A stretch of 64,000 nucleotides of DNA. Source: Sphagnum compactum. Its lineage: Eukaryota. Position numbers and translations under genes: made by a program. Shown here in pieces: positions 11,907 to 25,329 of this stretch. The DNA is taken from assembly GCA_965153455.1 (NCBI GenBank), contig OZ234494.1, forward strand, positions 248,001-312,000, read 5' to 3'. Within the stretch, counting starts at the first letter, position 1. Each line of letters opens with the position of its first letter. A model generated the notes under the pieces. That model searched no databases, was not told the DNA's origin, and worked only from the letters and a program-made list of their open reading frames with translations.

Positions 11907-14392
11907 CATTACTAGGAAATGCGTCCTAGTTCACTATGGGTTTCACTAGATTTTTGAGTGAATTTGGACAATTTCACTAGGTGAAATTGTTTAACCCCCT
12001 AGTGAACGGGGACCAGTTGCTACGGACAATGACTTGTTTCACTAATAACTAATGAAATAAGGTTATTCTCAAGTGAAATACAAATTTACCAAACCATTCA
12101 CTTACTAGTTAATTAACTAATCAGTATGAAAATTAATTAAATTTTAATTATTCAATATATAATACTATTGATAATTTCATGATTTTTAAAGCTTATTATT
12201 TATTGACACGTGTCACTACTTACGCTAGGTTAAAAACCTAGCCTAAGTAGGTAGGTAGGCCACGTAATCAACCTAGGCACCTAACCTAGGAATTCGATAA
12301 GAGAATATTCAGTCAACATACCATGTTGACCACACACAACACCACCCATGAGGTTTGATCCCTTGACCTTTGGAATGGGGGCAGACACCTTTACCATCAA
12401 ACCACCCCACTTGTTGTGATAATACGTTACATTACATTTTATTTATCAAATACTTTATTTTGAACATTACAAAAATATAAACTTTGAAAATTGGCAATCC
12501 TAAGCAATTATAATATATGGCTATTGGTTGTTTTTTTATTAGTGCTATTGGTGGTTATTAATGGTTATTGGTACTTATTCTATTTGTGGCTATTAATGTT
12601 TTTTAATGGTTATTCTATTAATAATTATTGGTGGTTATTCTATTAATGGCCATTAGTAGTTATTCTATTGTGGTTATTCTATTAATGACTACTAGTGGCT
12701 ATTTTATTAATAGCTATTCGTGATTAATGTATTAATGGCTATTGGTGGTGATTCTATTAATGGTTATTCGTGGCTATTTTATTAATGTCTATTCGTGATT
12801 AATTTATTGGTGAATATTGGTGCCTACTCTATTAATGGTTATTGGTGGTTAATATATTAATGGTTATTTATGATTAATCTATTAATGGTTATTTATGATT
12901 AATCTATTAATGGCTATTGGTGGCTAATATATTAATGGCTATTGCTGGCTATTCATTAATGGCTATTGGTGGTTATTCTATTAATGGTTATTGGTAGCTA
13001 TTATATTAATAGCTGTTTGTGATTAATGTATTAATGGCTATTGTGATTAATGTATTAATGGCTATTGTGGTTATTTTATTAATGGTTATTCGTGATTAAT
13101 CTATTAATGGCTATTGGTGGCTATTTTATTAATGGTTATTCATGTTTAATCTATTAATGCATATTGGTGACTACTCTATTAATGGCTATTGGTTGCTAAT
13201 CTATTAATGGTTATTTGTGATTAATCTATTAATGGCTATTGGTGGCTATTCTATTAATGGCTATCGGTGGCTATTCTATTAATGGCTATTGGTGGCTATT
13301 CTACTAATGGCTATTGGTGGCTATTCTATTAATGGCTATTGGTGGCTATTCTATTAATGGCTATTGGTGGCTATTTTATTAATGGCTATTGGTGGCTATT
13401 CTATTAATGGCTATTGGTGGCTATTCTATTAATGGCTATTGGTGGCTATTCTATTAATGGTTATTCGTGGCTATTTTATTAATGGTTATTCGTGATTAAT
13501 CTATTAATGGCTATTGGTGGATATTATATTAATGGCTATTGGTGGCTATTCTATTAATGGCTATAAGTGGCTATTTTATTAATGGCTATTGGTGGTTATT
13601 TTATTGGTGGTTACTGACGGCTATTTTATTATGGTTATTAATGGTTATTGTATTATAAATTATTGTTGGTTATTATGTTATATTACAACTATTGGTGATT
13701 ATTGTATTATAAATTATTGTTTGATATTTTACGTTATAATATCATAGGCTATTGGTAGTTATTATATTGTAGGATATTTAAAATTATTTTTCATAGGTTA
13801 TTATTTTCTATTTCAAGTTATTTTTACCTTAGGCCATTATATTCTGTTTTAGATTATTTTAAAGTTATTATGCTTAAGATAAAGTCATTTATAATAACAT
13901 TAAGTAGAATGACCTTGAATAATTTAAAGTATAACTTGAAATAACATACATTAATTTAAAATAAATAACCTAAGGTATAGCCTAAAGTTAGTTGAATAAT
14001 TTAATTTTAAATAATTTAAAAGCTTATAATAAACTAGTTAAGATACTTTAAGGTAAAATAACATATAATAATTTAGGGTACAATAATTTATAATAGCCTA
14101 TAATAACATAAAATATAAGTTAGAATAACTAAAGTCGCTTAAAATAATATAAGGTATATCATAAAGTAACATAGATATAATATTTTTAAAAACATAGAAA
14201 TAAACCTATTTGCTATAGTAAATTGTAATAGTGAATTATGTTAACTAGAAATGAAACATGATGTCTACATAGTGATATTATAATGAAATAACTTTCACTA
14301 GGTGAAATCAGTAAAATGCAATGAAGTTATTTCACTTTTAAGGTCCCATAGTGATTTAAGCTAGTAAACTACACCCCTCTTTGGTAGTAGTG
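11907..14392. mobile_element. Non-autonomous CACTA (En/Spm) element, 2486 bp, TSD ACA
   Basis: Ends CATTACTAGGAAA (CACTA with C>T) ... TTTGGTAGTAGTG; ACA at 11904-11906 and 14393-14395; many subterminal ttcactag/ctagtgaa repeats at both ends; no transposase ORF. Confidence 0.85.
12520..13700. repeat. 25-bp minisatellite (tattaatggctattggtggctattc)n inside the CACTA
   Basis: Near-perfect units at ~13225-13460, degenerating on both sides. Confidence 0.9.
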
Positions 14393-15519
14393 ACAGTTAT
14401 GTTCCCTACAAACACTAAGTGAAGTTGTGACATTCTGCAAAACCAGCTAGTTGTGGGTATTTGAAGATCTTCAGTTCTTAATAGCCAGTAGTTTCAGAAT
14501 TTGGTTTTTCTAGTAGTTGGAGGAGGCAATTCATATATAACATGATTAAAGTTTAAGTTATGTGGATTTACAAATTAACTAATATTTTGTGGTTACGTGC
14601 AGCAAAATTAAAAACCCTCCCAACACTAAGTAGAACCTTGGAAAATCTCCTTGAGCTGAAAGCTGGCACTGGCACAAATTTTGTAAAGATGTGAAAATGA
14701 GCTAAAACAATGTTGATTGAACGTGAGTGTGACATTTTTGAACTACAATTACAACATTAGTCTTAAAATGAACCTAATGTGCTTGTGGTTAAGGAATTTG
14801 GGAAGCTCCTATTTACACACTGAAATGGCTTAGTCTCAGATTCCAGGAGAAATTCAAAAGGATTCAAGGATGGCAAGTTCTAATATTCAAGACTTGATGG
14901 GAGATGAAGGAGCTTGTATGTCTACACTAAATGGTAGAGCCCAAGTAGTCTGACAAGCTCTGGAGAGATGTGCAAGAGTGACTGAAGTGGACCAAGTGGA
15001 GGATGACACTACATTTGTTGGTTGCCCAATTTCAACAATTGTCTCTGTCAAAAAGAAAGCTCTTCCTTAGGTGATAGAAATTTGCCTTTTGTGTTGAGTT
15101 TGCACGTTCCTCATAGAAACTATGTGCTTGTGTTGAGATGACACCCTTTTCATTTACATGTATGTGCTGAAATGAATCACTCCTGAAAATGAATTGAAAA
15201 TTTAGGTCAACACTGCCTATGGAGATTGCTAGTGCAACTTATGGTCATGCAACAAGAAACTATGCAACTGGCAATTTTCATGAAGCTCCTTTGGACCCAA
15301 ATTGTATGTTTCCTCACAACATCTGTGAACATTCAAGCTCATGAATTGGCAATTACCATTAGATTTTTGCATATGGCTCACCTTGTCGCACTGCCAGATT
15401 GGAAGCTAATCTCAACAGCCCCTTCCATGTGGCTAGCTCGAGCAGTAGCTCTAGCAGCATTGTCACAATACCAGAATGAAGTCATTAGAGAATTAACACT
15501 CAGGCCTTCTCAAGGAGAG

Positions 15520-15830
15520 AGAAGTCTGAAAGGAAAAATCTATGAGGCAGACAGGACACCCCCAAGACATATGGCTAGCAAAGCTCCTTGGGCCAAGTTT
15601 GAGTTATTCCTTGATGGTAAGGTGTCACAATTTAAGATATCCAAAACTGTTTCCATGCTCTTCGAAGGCTGTACTTAATCACATGTACACCATACAGGCC
15701 ATTTTTATTGCTGCCAATGGAGGATGTACGAAGATAATAAGTAAAAATCGTGGGAATAACATCAACTTATAATTCCAATGGTGCATGACCATTGAACCTA
15801 CAAAATCATACAAAGCCATTGCACAATAAG
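15520..15830 (+). pseudogene. Possible degraded N-terminal region of a DNA-transposon protein
   Basis: Across frames: KIYEADR.PQDIW.AK.PWAKFELFLDGKVSQ. This recalls YE..R.FQD.WA.KLPWA Zn-finger-associated segments of hAT-like transposases; recognised from memory only. Confidence 0.3.
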
Positions 15831-17260
15831 CCATGTATTGATTCTAATGTATTTCTTCTTATTTTAATTGTGGAAACATGTGCGATATCATGACAAGTTT
15901 CATCATTACCATTTGTGCAACAAATTACAAACCAGGTATAAAGTTTGATTGACTCCCAGATATTTTAGGAGACATGAAAATCCTGGGTATCTATCTAGAG
16001 TTTCAAATATTCCTCAGTAATGGCTGGATTCTTACATAAAAAGAGACCCGAATTCTCTCTTTGACTCTCTAGAAGAATGTAGTAAGTATTGTTACATTGC
16101 CCTTAGAGCACTGGCCCGACGTCAGACTGTTGAGAGCCTTGCATGTAAGCTAAGGACCACGAACAGGGCAATTCTGGAAATGCAAGCCCCTCATGAGGTA
16201 GGACCTGAACCCACAACACAGCTGCCCCTGAAGTCCTTACCCAGTGTAAAGAAATGGTAGAATTTTTTTGACATATAGGGACAGCTGTCATCATTTGTTT
16301 GAGAAAAGAGGGGGCACCTTGCACAGAAAGTAAGAACCAAAAGAACAGGGGTGGTTTTGGGAATGACGGTACCATGCAAGGTAGGAATCCAGCACAATAA
16401 CCAGTTAGAACTTCAACAGACTAGCTGCGATTCATTTGAGTGTAGAGGAGATGACATACCTTACACTTTAGGTTCCTCAAAACAAGTAACCTTAAGCGAG
16501 GAACCTTACAAGGTGCCATCCTCTGTTGAGACAGAAATTATACTGAGGGTAAGGCACCCTCCACATATAGGTAATGGAAAATCCTCCCCATTCCTAGCAA
16601 AATTGAATGAAACCAATCAATAACTGCATAGGAGGCACAACCTTATGAAACAAAGCAAAACCTTTTCTTTACAGAACCCCAAAAAAAAAATCCCACTTCA
16701 AGACAATCACAGATTCCCAGAATCATGCACCAGATTACTAAAGCAAAGGAAGAAGCTCTGGAAAGTAAATGGGCGGGATGTCAGCAAATCCACAACGTAG
16801 AGACGATATACATTACAAATCCATGAGATAACAAAGCTGGGATATATAGAAGGACCATTTTCACTGCTCCTGATTCTTCAAACAATACACCACACCAGCA
16901 ATTGTTGGAAGTAAGAAATAGTTATTGCAACTCTGGAACAGAGGTGACAGTGAAACACTTTTGGGTTGGCACCATTTCACTGTCGCCTCTGTTCCATTCC
17001 CATACCTCCCTAAACACCTATGTTACCTGCACATGGAAAACCTCGCACTTGGTGAAGCTACAACATTTAGTCTTGTCTCGCAACCTTGGGCTATTCCCAA
17101 CCTCTAGATGGGTGGAACTAAAATACACTACGGATTTCTGAATGGTCCAAGGCCTTGTCGCTTGAGATTATCATCTTTCATCTTCCGGACTAATCGTAGA
17201 CTTGTCTAGTTTAAAAACTTAATGCACCGATGCTGATGCCTCGAGGCCCTTCCTCAAACT

Positions 17261-17470
17261 TAAAAAGATTGGGGGGGAGAGCTTGAGCTTTTGCAAAACA
17301 CACACACACCAAGAAGGCAACAAGTCTTGCAAAAAAATAGTGGCGAAGATCCATCGTGCGCGCATCAGTCGATGTGAATGTAGAACGGTCACTAAGCGCG
17401 CGAGTCAATGTAGAACGATCACTGACGAACATCATGAGTGTCAGCTCTAGTTAAGCTTGACATCTCAACA
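17261..17470 (-). repeat. Copia 3' LTR (210 bp)
   Basis: About 14 substitutions versus 22270-22479; one terminal dinucleotide is mutated. Confidence 0.95.
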
Positions 17471-20400
17471 CTCCCCCTCAAGTTCAATTCCAAGTCCATC
17501 ACTCCAAGCATGCTGCGGAATCGGCAATGCTTCTCAGCTCCCAAGACCTTAGTGAAGATGTCAGCAACCTGATCCTCTGTGCTGACATAAATAAGATCAA
17601 TCTCACCTGCCAAGACCTTCTCCCTGATGAAGTGATAATGAACCTCAATGTGTTTCGTCCGTGCATGAAACACTGGGTTCTTAGCCAACTGAATACTGCT
17701 AAGGTTATCACAATATATGACAACCTGTCTGTCCACATGCAGCCCCAAATCTCCAAGTAGCTTGCGGAGCCAAGCTACCTCACATGCTGCCATCGCAGCA
17801 CCCTTGTACTCTGCCTCTGTGCTCGACAAGGCAACTATCGGCTGCTTCTTGCTACTCCACGTAACAGCAGCACTCCCAAAAGAGAACATAAAACCGCTAG
17901 TAGATCTCATGTCTGAGATGTTACCAGCCCAATCAGCATCTATGTATCCATGCACCTGCAACTCTATGCTAGCCTCATAAAAGAGACCATAATTTGTTGT
18001 GGCACTCACATAGCGTAATGTGTGCCTCACACCATCCAAATGTGGCTTCCGAGGAACCTGCATAAACTGGCTCTCCAACCCAACTGTGTAGTTTAAGTCC
18101 GGCCTGGTGATTGTCATGTAGATAAGACTGCCCACTATCTTCTTGTACATAGTGGCATCCTCTAAAACCTCACCTGCATCTGCACTCAGCTTGCCATTCT
18201 GATTCAGTGGTACAGAAATGGGCTTACAACCAACCATACCATATTTGAACAGCATGTCCAATGCATACTGTCGCTGTAACAACCATATACCCTCAGGCGT
18301 CCTGATGACCTCAATGCCTAGGAAGAATTTGAGCTCACTCAAATCCTTCATGTCAAACTTCTGCTTAAGGAGACTTTTTACATGCTCAACTTCCTTCTCA
18401 TTGTCACCCCCAACAATTAAATCATCCACATAGATAGTGATGACCACAATACCTTCATCACTCTTATGCACATAGAGTGAATGATCTGCATTTGACATAC
18501 GAAAGCCAATGGTGACAAGATACTCTGCAATTTTGTCATGCCATGCTCTCGGTGCCTGTTTAAGTCCATACAAGGCTTTACGTAGCTTGCACACATAATT
18601 TGGGTGACTCATATCCTCATATCCAAATGGTTGGTCCAAATACACCTCTTCTTGCAACTCGCCATGCAAGAAGGCATTCTTTACATCCATTTGATGTAAC
18701 ACCCAACCTCTTGATGCAGCCACTGCAATCACAGCTTTCACTGTTGCCAGCTTTGCAACAGGAGCAAATGTCTCCTCATAATCAATGCCATGTGTCTGGG
18801 CATATCCTTTGGCTACTAATCTAACCTTATACCTGCTTATGCTTCCATCCGAGTTGTGCTTCACTTTGTACACCCACTTACATCCAATAGCCTTTTTCCC
18901 TTCAGGCAAAGGCACCAACTCCCATGTCCTGTTTGCATCCAATGCAGCCATCTCCTCATCCATGACTTTCTCCCAAAGTGCATGCCCAATGGCATCTTCA
19001 AAACAAATGGGTTCAACATCCTGCACAACCTTTGCCATATATGCATAATGGCGAGCTACATAACCATCATGTATCAATTTCTGGACTGGTCGTCTTTCCC
19101 TGGTAGACCTGCGTGGACCTGGATCTGTCCGTGGTGTCCTATTTGCTGCATTAGCTCTTTCCACACCAGGTGTCCTGATAGCTGGAATCCAAAACTCCTC
19201 ATCAAGGCTCTGCTCAAAGCCACTAGACTCTCCATCTACATGTGAATATCTTGCAGAAATGTCAGGCATACTAAGGGCTTCACCAACCTTCTCTTTTCCT
19301 TTATATGATGCATCACTTGTATTTGTAGGATTGCTATTATGACGCAGCCTACCACTCCATGGTCTATTAGTAGACCCACTAGAAGGGGACTCTCGTGGTC
19401 CACTCAATGTTTGTGATTGCTGACCTGCATTCTTTGCAACCACATGCTCGTCTGCATCAGCCCCAATAGTGTCTTTTACATCAGCATACCAGCTGCTCAT
19501 TTCATCAAACACAACATCCGTGCTCACCCTCATTTCACGTGTGATAAGGTTATAACATCTGTACCCTTTCTGCTCAAGTGAGTATCCAATGAAAATACAT
19601 TTTTCAGCCTTCGGATCCAATTTAGTTCGTAGCTCATCTGGTACATGTACATATGCAATGCACCCAAACACTTTCAAGTGTGACAAATTTGGTTTTCTGC
19701 CACTGTACTTCTCCTCTGGAGTCATACCATGCACTGCTGCTGTGGGGGTCCTGTTCATGATGTAAACTGCAGTCGCAACTGCTTCAGCCCAATAATGATG
19801 TGGCATGTTCTTGTCAGCCATTAATGCACGAGCAACCTCTGCAATGTGCCTGTTCTTTCTCTCAGCAACTTCATTTTGCTGCGGAGTATACCTGCATGTA
19901 AATTGCCTCTGAATTCCATGCATTTTCAGATATGTAATAAACTCATTGGAGAAATATTCTCCCCTTCCATCTGACCTTAGGCATTTAACTTGCAACCCTG
20001 TTTGCTTTTCAGCCAACATTCTGAAATTTTGAAAGTGAGTAAACACTTCACTTTTTTCCTTCATGAAGTACACCCACACTTTCCTTGTGTGGTCATCAAT
20101 GAATGATACATAGTAGCGACATCCTCCCATTGACGTCGTCTTGGTTGGCCCCCATACATCTGAATGCACTACATCAAGTGTTCTCTTACTTACATTCTTG
20201 TCATGCGGAAACACATTCCTCGTTTGCTTCCCAAATTGACATGCTTCACATATCTTATGCATTCCATCCACCTTAAACTTTGGCAAACCAGTGACAATTT
20301 CTGAATTCTGCATAGACTTCAATCGTTGCTCATTTACATGACCGATACGCTTATGCCATATGTCCATATCAGCCACAACTCCTGCACCTTGTGCAAACAT

Positions 20401-21848
20401 AGCAGCTTCCACCTCAGGCATGCTTACATCCAAAGTAAACATTCTGCCCACTCTTTTACCCTTAGCAACTAAACGACATTTGTCCTTGAAGTCTTCGACA
20501 TAGCAGCCATCAGGGTTGAACTGAACTTGCAAGCCCTACTCAATCATTTGCCCAACAGAAACCAAGTTCTTTGTGATATTGGGCACATGAAGTACATCAG
20601 ACAAATACTTTATCTTGCCATCTTGCATAGCTAATGGCACATTCTCGATATGAGCAATGGGATGGGCTGTGTCATCTCCCGTCTCTACATAACCTGGTTT
20701 TTCCAGATTTTTGACATCCCTAAACCACTCACCATGATAGGTCATGTGGTTAGAGGCTCCTGAATCCACATACCATACATTATCAACATTTGTGGATACA
20801 TTTGCAGCCACTGTATTTAGCATGTGCTGCACAACAAATAGATGCTCATACCTATCTTCAGCCTGCTTGCTTGAGGATGCATAATTATTCTGCTGCAGTC
20901 TTCCATTCCTCATGTCACTTTCCTTCTTTCTACATTCTCTGGCCCAATGGCCTGGTTTGCCACAATAATGACAGTCTCTAGAATCTGATCCAGATTGTTG
21001 TCTGTTCCAATTGCCACGTCTTCTTTGCCCCCCCCCTGCCTTGAGACTGGCCTCTTCCACCACCTCTGTATGACTGTTGTTGCTGTGAGTCATTTGACTG
21101 TCGCTATCCAAAATTCTGATTTCCAAAACGGCCACCACCTTGGCCTTGACCACGACCTCTTCCTCTGCCTCTACCTGTAGTTGAGTAGAAGGCTTGCTGC
21201 TCTACATTGTTCTTGTTTTGTGTAGAACAGTCTTCATTTAAAGTTTTCTCTTCTACAATCAACATTGAAACAAGATCTCGAAAGTTGAAAACATTCTCCT
21301 TGACAATTATGGATGTCTTGAAAGGTTTCTATTCCTTTCCAAGTCCATTTAGACAAACGTTGACCAAATCATCATCATCCACAGGTACATTAATAGATGC
21401 AAGGGATTCAACAATACCCTTGATCTTCAATGAATACTCATTGATAGACATGTTCTTCTTCTCCACAGTGTGCAGCTCTTGTTTTAGCTGCAGCTTCCTT
21501 GCCTTTGTATTTGTCTGGAACATTTGCACCAAGTTCTGCCATGCTTCTGCTGGAGTGTGAGCATCCTGTATGTGCCCAATCATAGTGTCTGTAACACTAA
21601 CAGACAACCAATACATGACCTTGCAACCAATACATGACCTTGCGTGCACCCTGGTTCCAATCCTTGAATGCCTTTATCTCTACTGCAGTGGCATTCTCCT
21701 CGGGCAACTCTGGAGGGTTTTCATTCTCACCTTCCACATAGTCCCAAAATCCTTTTCCCATAAGGAAATTGGTCATCCTGAACTTTCAAGAATGGAAGTT
21801 GTTCTTGTCAAGCTTTTCATTAACAATTTGATTGATTCCGTTTGACAT
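17419..21848 (-). pseudogene. Copia gag-pol polyprotein, disrupted
   Basis: Gag (KARKLQLKQEL), CCHC knuckle CHYCGKPGHWAREC, protease WYVDSGASNHM, integrase (HSDVWGP, LRSDG, ERKNR), RT (IYVDDL), RNase H (ADIFTK). Lesions: stop near 21786, 19-bp duplication at 21605-21642, stop at 20536-20538. ORF 17419-20532 is still open. Confidence 0.95.
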
Positions 21849-21925
21849 CTTGTTCGAATAGCACACGAACGCCTGCTGACTCAAACCAAAGGTCGAGATG
21901 ATGCAGAAATGTAGTTTCAACCCCA

Positions 21926-22172
21926 AAATTCCGTCCAAAGACAATATACAATCCCTGTAGCTTCGTCTTGGCGAAGACGGCTCCTCGATCCGATGTCGTT
22001 TGCCGGTGCCTCCCGAAGAGCTTCAACACGGGTGTAGTGGTGAACACGAAAATTCCGTCCAAAAGACAATATACAATCCCTGTAGCTTCGTCTTGGCGAA
22101 GACGGCTCCTCGATCCGATGTCGTTTGCCGGTGCCTCTCGAAGAGCTTCGACACGGGTGTAGTGGTGAATAC
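21926..22172. repeat. Two ~124-bp tandem units in the Copia leader
   Basis: aaattccgtccaaa(a)gacaatatacaatccctgtagc...gtagtggtgaa(c/t)acgaa occurs twice. Confidence 0.9.
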
Positions 22173-22269
22173 GAAGGGGGAAGAGATGATAACCTCTCGC
22201 TGCCGTACCGCCTCCTTTGCTTCTTGTGCTTGCTGCTCAGCCCTTAGCCTGTACCAAGCTCTGATACCA

Positions 22270-22479
22270 TGAAAAGATTGGGGGGGAGAGCTTGAGCTCT
22301 TGCAAAACACACACACACCAAGAAGGCAACAAGTCCTGCAAAAAAATAGTGGCGAAGATCCGTCGCGCGCGCGTCAGTCGATGTGGATGTAGAACGGTCA
22401 CTAAGCGCGCCAGTTGATGTAGAACGGTCACTGACGCACATCATGAGTGTTAGCTCTAGTTGAGCTTGACATCTCAACA
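22270..22479 (-). repeat. Copia 5' LTR (210 bp)
   Basis: TG...CA ends, adjacent to the PBS. Confidence 0.95.
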
Positions 22480-24789
22480 AAACCCTCGCTAACCAGCACT
22501 TATGCAGCTTATGAGTCTGTCAAACTGGGAGTCAAACCCAACTCAACACTTAGACTCATAAACCAAACCACCACGGGGCTGCCCCATGATGGTCCGGACT
22601 TGGGCCCCAACTAGACGAGTCCTCCTACTTGACGGTCCACCTAGAAGGGCATGTCACTAACCCTCTCACAGATACATCCACAAGTTTGAGCTTTATAAGC
22701 CACTTACAGTGGCAAATTCCCTATACCACATTGTGAAAAACAAGTTACAGGTTGTGAGAGTGAAGGAAAAGCTCAAAGAAAATGACTTGGAGATACAAAG
22801 TTTCCAAACCACCTCATGCAGTTGCAGGATCCAGCTAATTCAAAATCCTTCACAGATCTCATTTGCGTTTGTTGATAACTAGAAACACCGATGAGACACC
22901 AAATCAAGCTTCCCCCCTGCTTACAAAGTAGCATACTCAGCCTGGTCTCCAAGACCCACTCATGATCATATATGCTAATAGTTTCAGAAAACACATCCAC
23001 TCCATGGAGAACAATGTTTGCCTGAAATCGCAGCTTCACTCTGAAATATCCTGTTCACCAGATGGGTCGCGCACATGAAGGAAGAAGCGCGGTTACATTT
23101 TTCCTGAGAAGAAACGCAATTGAATTTTGAGAGTATGAATTGATCTCAGCATGTACGTACATCTAGCACTGCAAACATGTACGTTCTCCTGAAGGTTGTA
23201 CAGGTCTGAGTTGCTCAGTGACACTTTGTGTACTTCTTTGCTGCAGATAAGGTTGTCACATGTGCACTCACAACATCCTTGCTACAAGAAAATGTACACT
23301 CTTACTCCAGCACATGAAATTTGAAACATCTGATGGATATATCTGATTTGTTTCTCCTCGGTGGTTGGGGTCACTGAACAAGTCTGTAGCAGACTGCTGT
23401 CAGCCACCATTTTGTAATCTGTCTTTACCTTGCTGTTGAATCACACCAGCTGAATGAATTAAAATGCTCAATCAAGACCTGACAGTGAATGAGCTACATG
23501 AATGGGCTGAACTCTAAGACGTTCAAAACAGTATTTGAAGGATTTAGGCCAGACAGCTCCATGTAAGGGCTTGAAAACTCTGCAGTGCATTGAGATGTTT
23601 TTCAATTCTGTGTTTACAGAAGGATTGCCCGAATGGAATTTACTGGAAATTTATCCACGAAACATGGCTTTCAGGATATGAAGGAACAGCTCCCATCATG
23701 AAATGTAATTGCTCTCAAGGTGGTTCTGCTTAACCAAATATTTCAGATTCAGGTTTACTTGGATAAATTGCTCAACTGAACTTCAGAAGTTCATGACAAG
23801 CTTTCTGATCTAGTGGAAAGGTTTCACCAAAAATTATTTCCTGTCCACTTGTGATGGTGGCTCAGTAAATTTCTGTCATTTTGTTTGGGGACGCCATGAT
23901 TGCCACTCTGTTATGAATAGTGATTATGGTCAATTAGGATAGCGTCACTGTTCACCCCTGTTTAAATTAATTTAATAAATTGGACAGATCAGAGTTGATT
24001 TGGTTGAGTCTTCAATGATTCTACTACCTTAGGAATCTCTCATCAAGTGAAATTTGGTTTGTTGATCAAATTGTCTAGCTCTTGAACTATAATCAGTGGG
24101 TCTTGAGTCTTGACCAACCAAGAATATGGTTGCATATGCATAAACCTGGTAGCCTTGACATTAAGGTACTTTTTCTAACAAGGATTCAATCATACCCGTA
24201 AATAATTTCCATTTGCTAGAATACTTTGAAATTTGAGTCCAAAGTTGCAGAAGCACAAATTATTTGCCACTGACCGTTTATTTGTGACTGACTTTGACTT
24301 GGGATTTGTGCACCATATCTGAACTTATTTTGTGATCCCAAGGAATTTAAGTTTCATATTCTCGGTAGGCATACACTATTACACCTCACGGATTGTCCGG
24401 GAGAAAGATGAAAATTAGTGCAAAGGGGCTTGCTGTTGAGTCCACAAATGTTTGCCATAGTATCTAGCAAAGTCTAGGTGGCAACAGCACATAAACTGCT
24501 AAATCTTTGTAGATGGGTTTATGACTTTCAGGCAAAAGCATTCCAGTTGGGCTGGAAGTGACAAACCCATCTATAAGACTTAAAACCTAAGAGCTTGTGA
24601 ACTCAACAAAATTCCATCTATCTATTGCTAAGCTTTTAAAACTAAGAAGTTCACATAAAAAATGCTCAATTTTGGTATTCAATGCAAGTGACATGAATGG
24701 TGTTTTGATCAGTGCCATGCAATTCATTACTCAGTGCCCCTATCCCAAACATTCATCCAGTTATGGCACATCAGTGGATTCACCTCAGT

Positions 24790-25168
24790 AATCCAGATGC
24801 ACTTGGGCTTGAATACGCCAAATATATTCTGCATGAATGCATTTGGCATATATGTCAATAAGGCTATGGGCCACAAGAATATTCAAACTCATAACCACTT
24901 TGACTCATCTTCTTGTCAGAGCATCTCCATGTGTGCAGCTACAATAGTGCACATGCATTGAGCACCCCAACAAAGTTGGCAGAGTCTGCCTGTGCCCCTT
25001 CTTGTTGCAATTGTTGAGAGAGTTTCAATGGTGCCTTCTGTCCTGCCCAAATCTCACATGTCCCGAAAGCAGGGCATTCCAAGAGACCACATTGCATGTT
25101 GGTGTCCTGTTGAACACTCTCCATGCATCCTCTATGCCCCACATTTGATGTATATATCAGTGAGACTA
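24790..25168 (-). pseudogene. PLS-class PPR gene fragment
   Basis: LSQQLQQEGAQADSANFVGVLNACA; frameshifted; paralogous to 59870-60250. Confidence 0.75.
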
Positions 25169-25329
25169 TGGGGAGAATACATGCCTGATCAGTTTGATCT
25201 GGATTGCTGATTGTGGGCAAATGAAAGGTACCTGGATCACACATTTAAAGATGCAGGAAGGACTCTGGCTTGAGGACCAAAGAAACCCACCATGTGTGGC
25301 AGCCGATAGGGTTGTTTTGGCACCAGGCA

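Larger units (their letters stand above)
17261..22479 (-). mobile_element. Full-length Ty1/Copia LTR retrotransposon (5219 bp), inactivated
   Basis: 210-bp LTRs at 17261-17470 and 22270-22479; PBS tggtatcagagc (tRNA-iMet) at 22258-22269; PPT at 17471-17478; TSD AAACT/AAACC; domain order gag-PR-INT-RT-RH. Confidence 0.97.

Noticed and set aside
12347-12412. Functional tRNA gene
   Set aside because: Boxes are degenerate and no convincing cloverleaf could be formed; kept only as a relic.
12520-13700. CRISPR-like appearance of periodic repeats (also 29320-30000)
   Set aside because: Contiguous tandem units without unique spacers, inside eukaryotic TEs; no cas genes.
16903-22690. A second LTR enclosing the Copia (tgttggaag...ctctcaca)
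   Set aside because: No matching TSD, PBS/PPT or partner LTR found; left unclassified.
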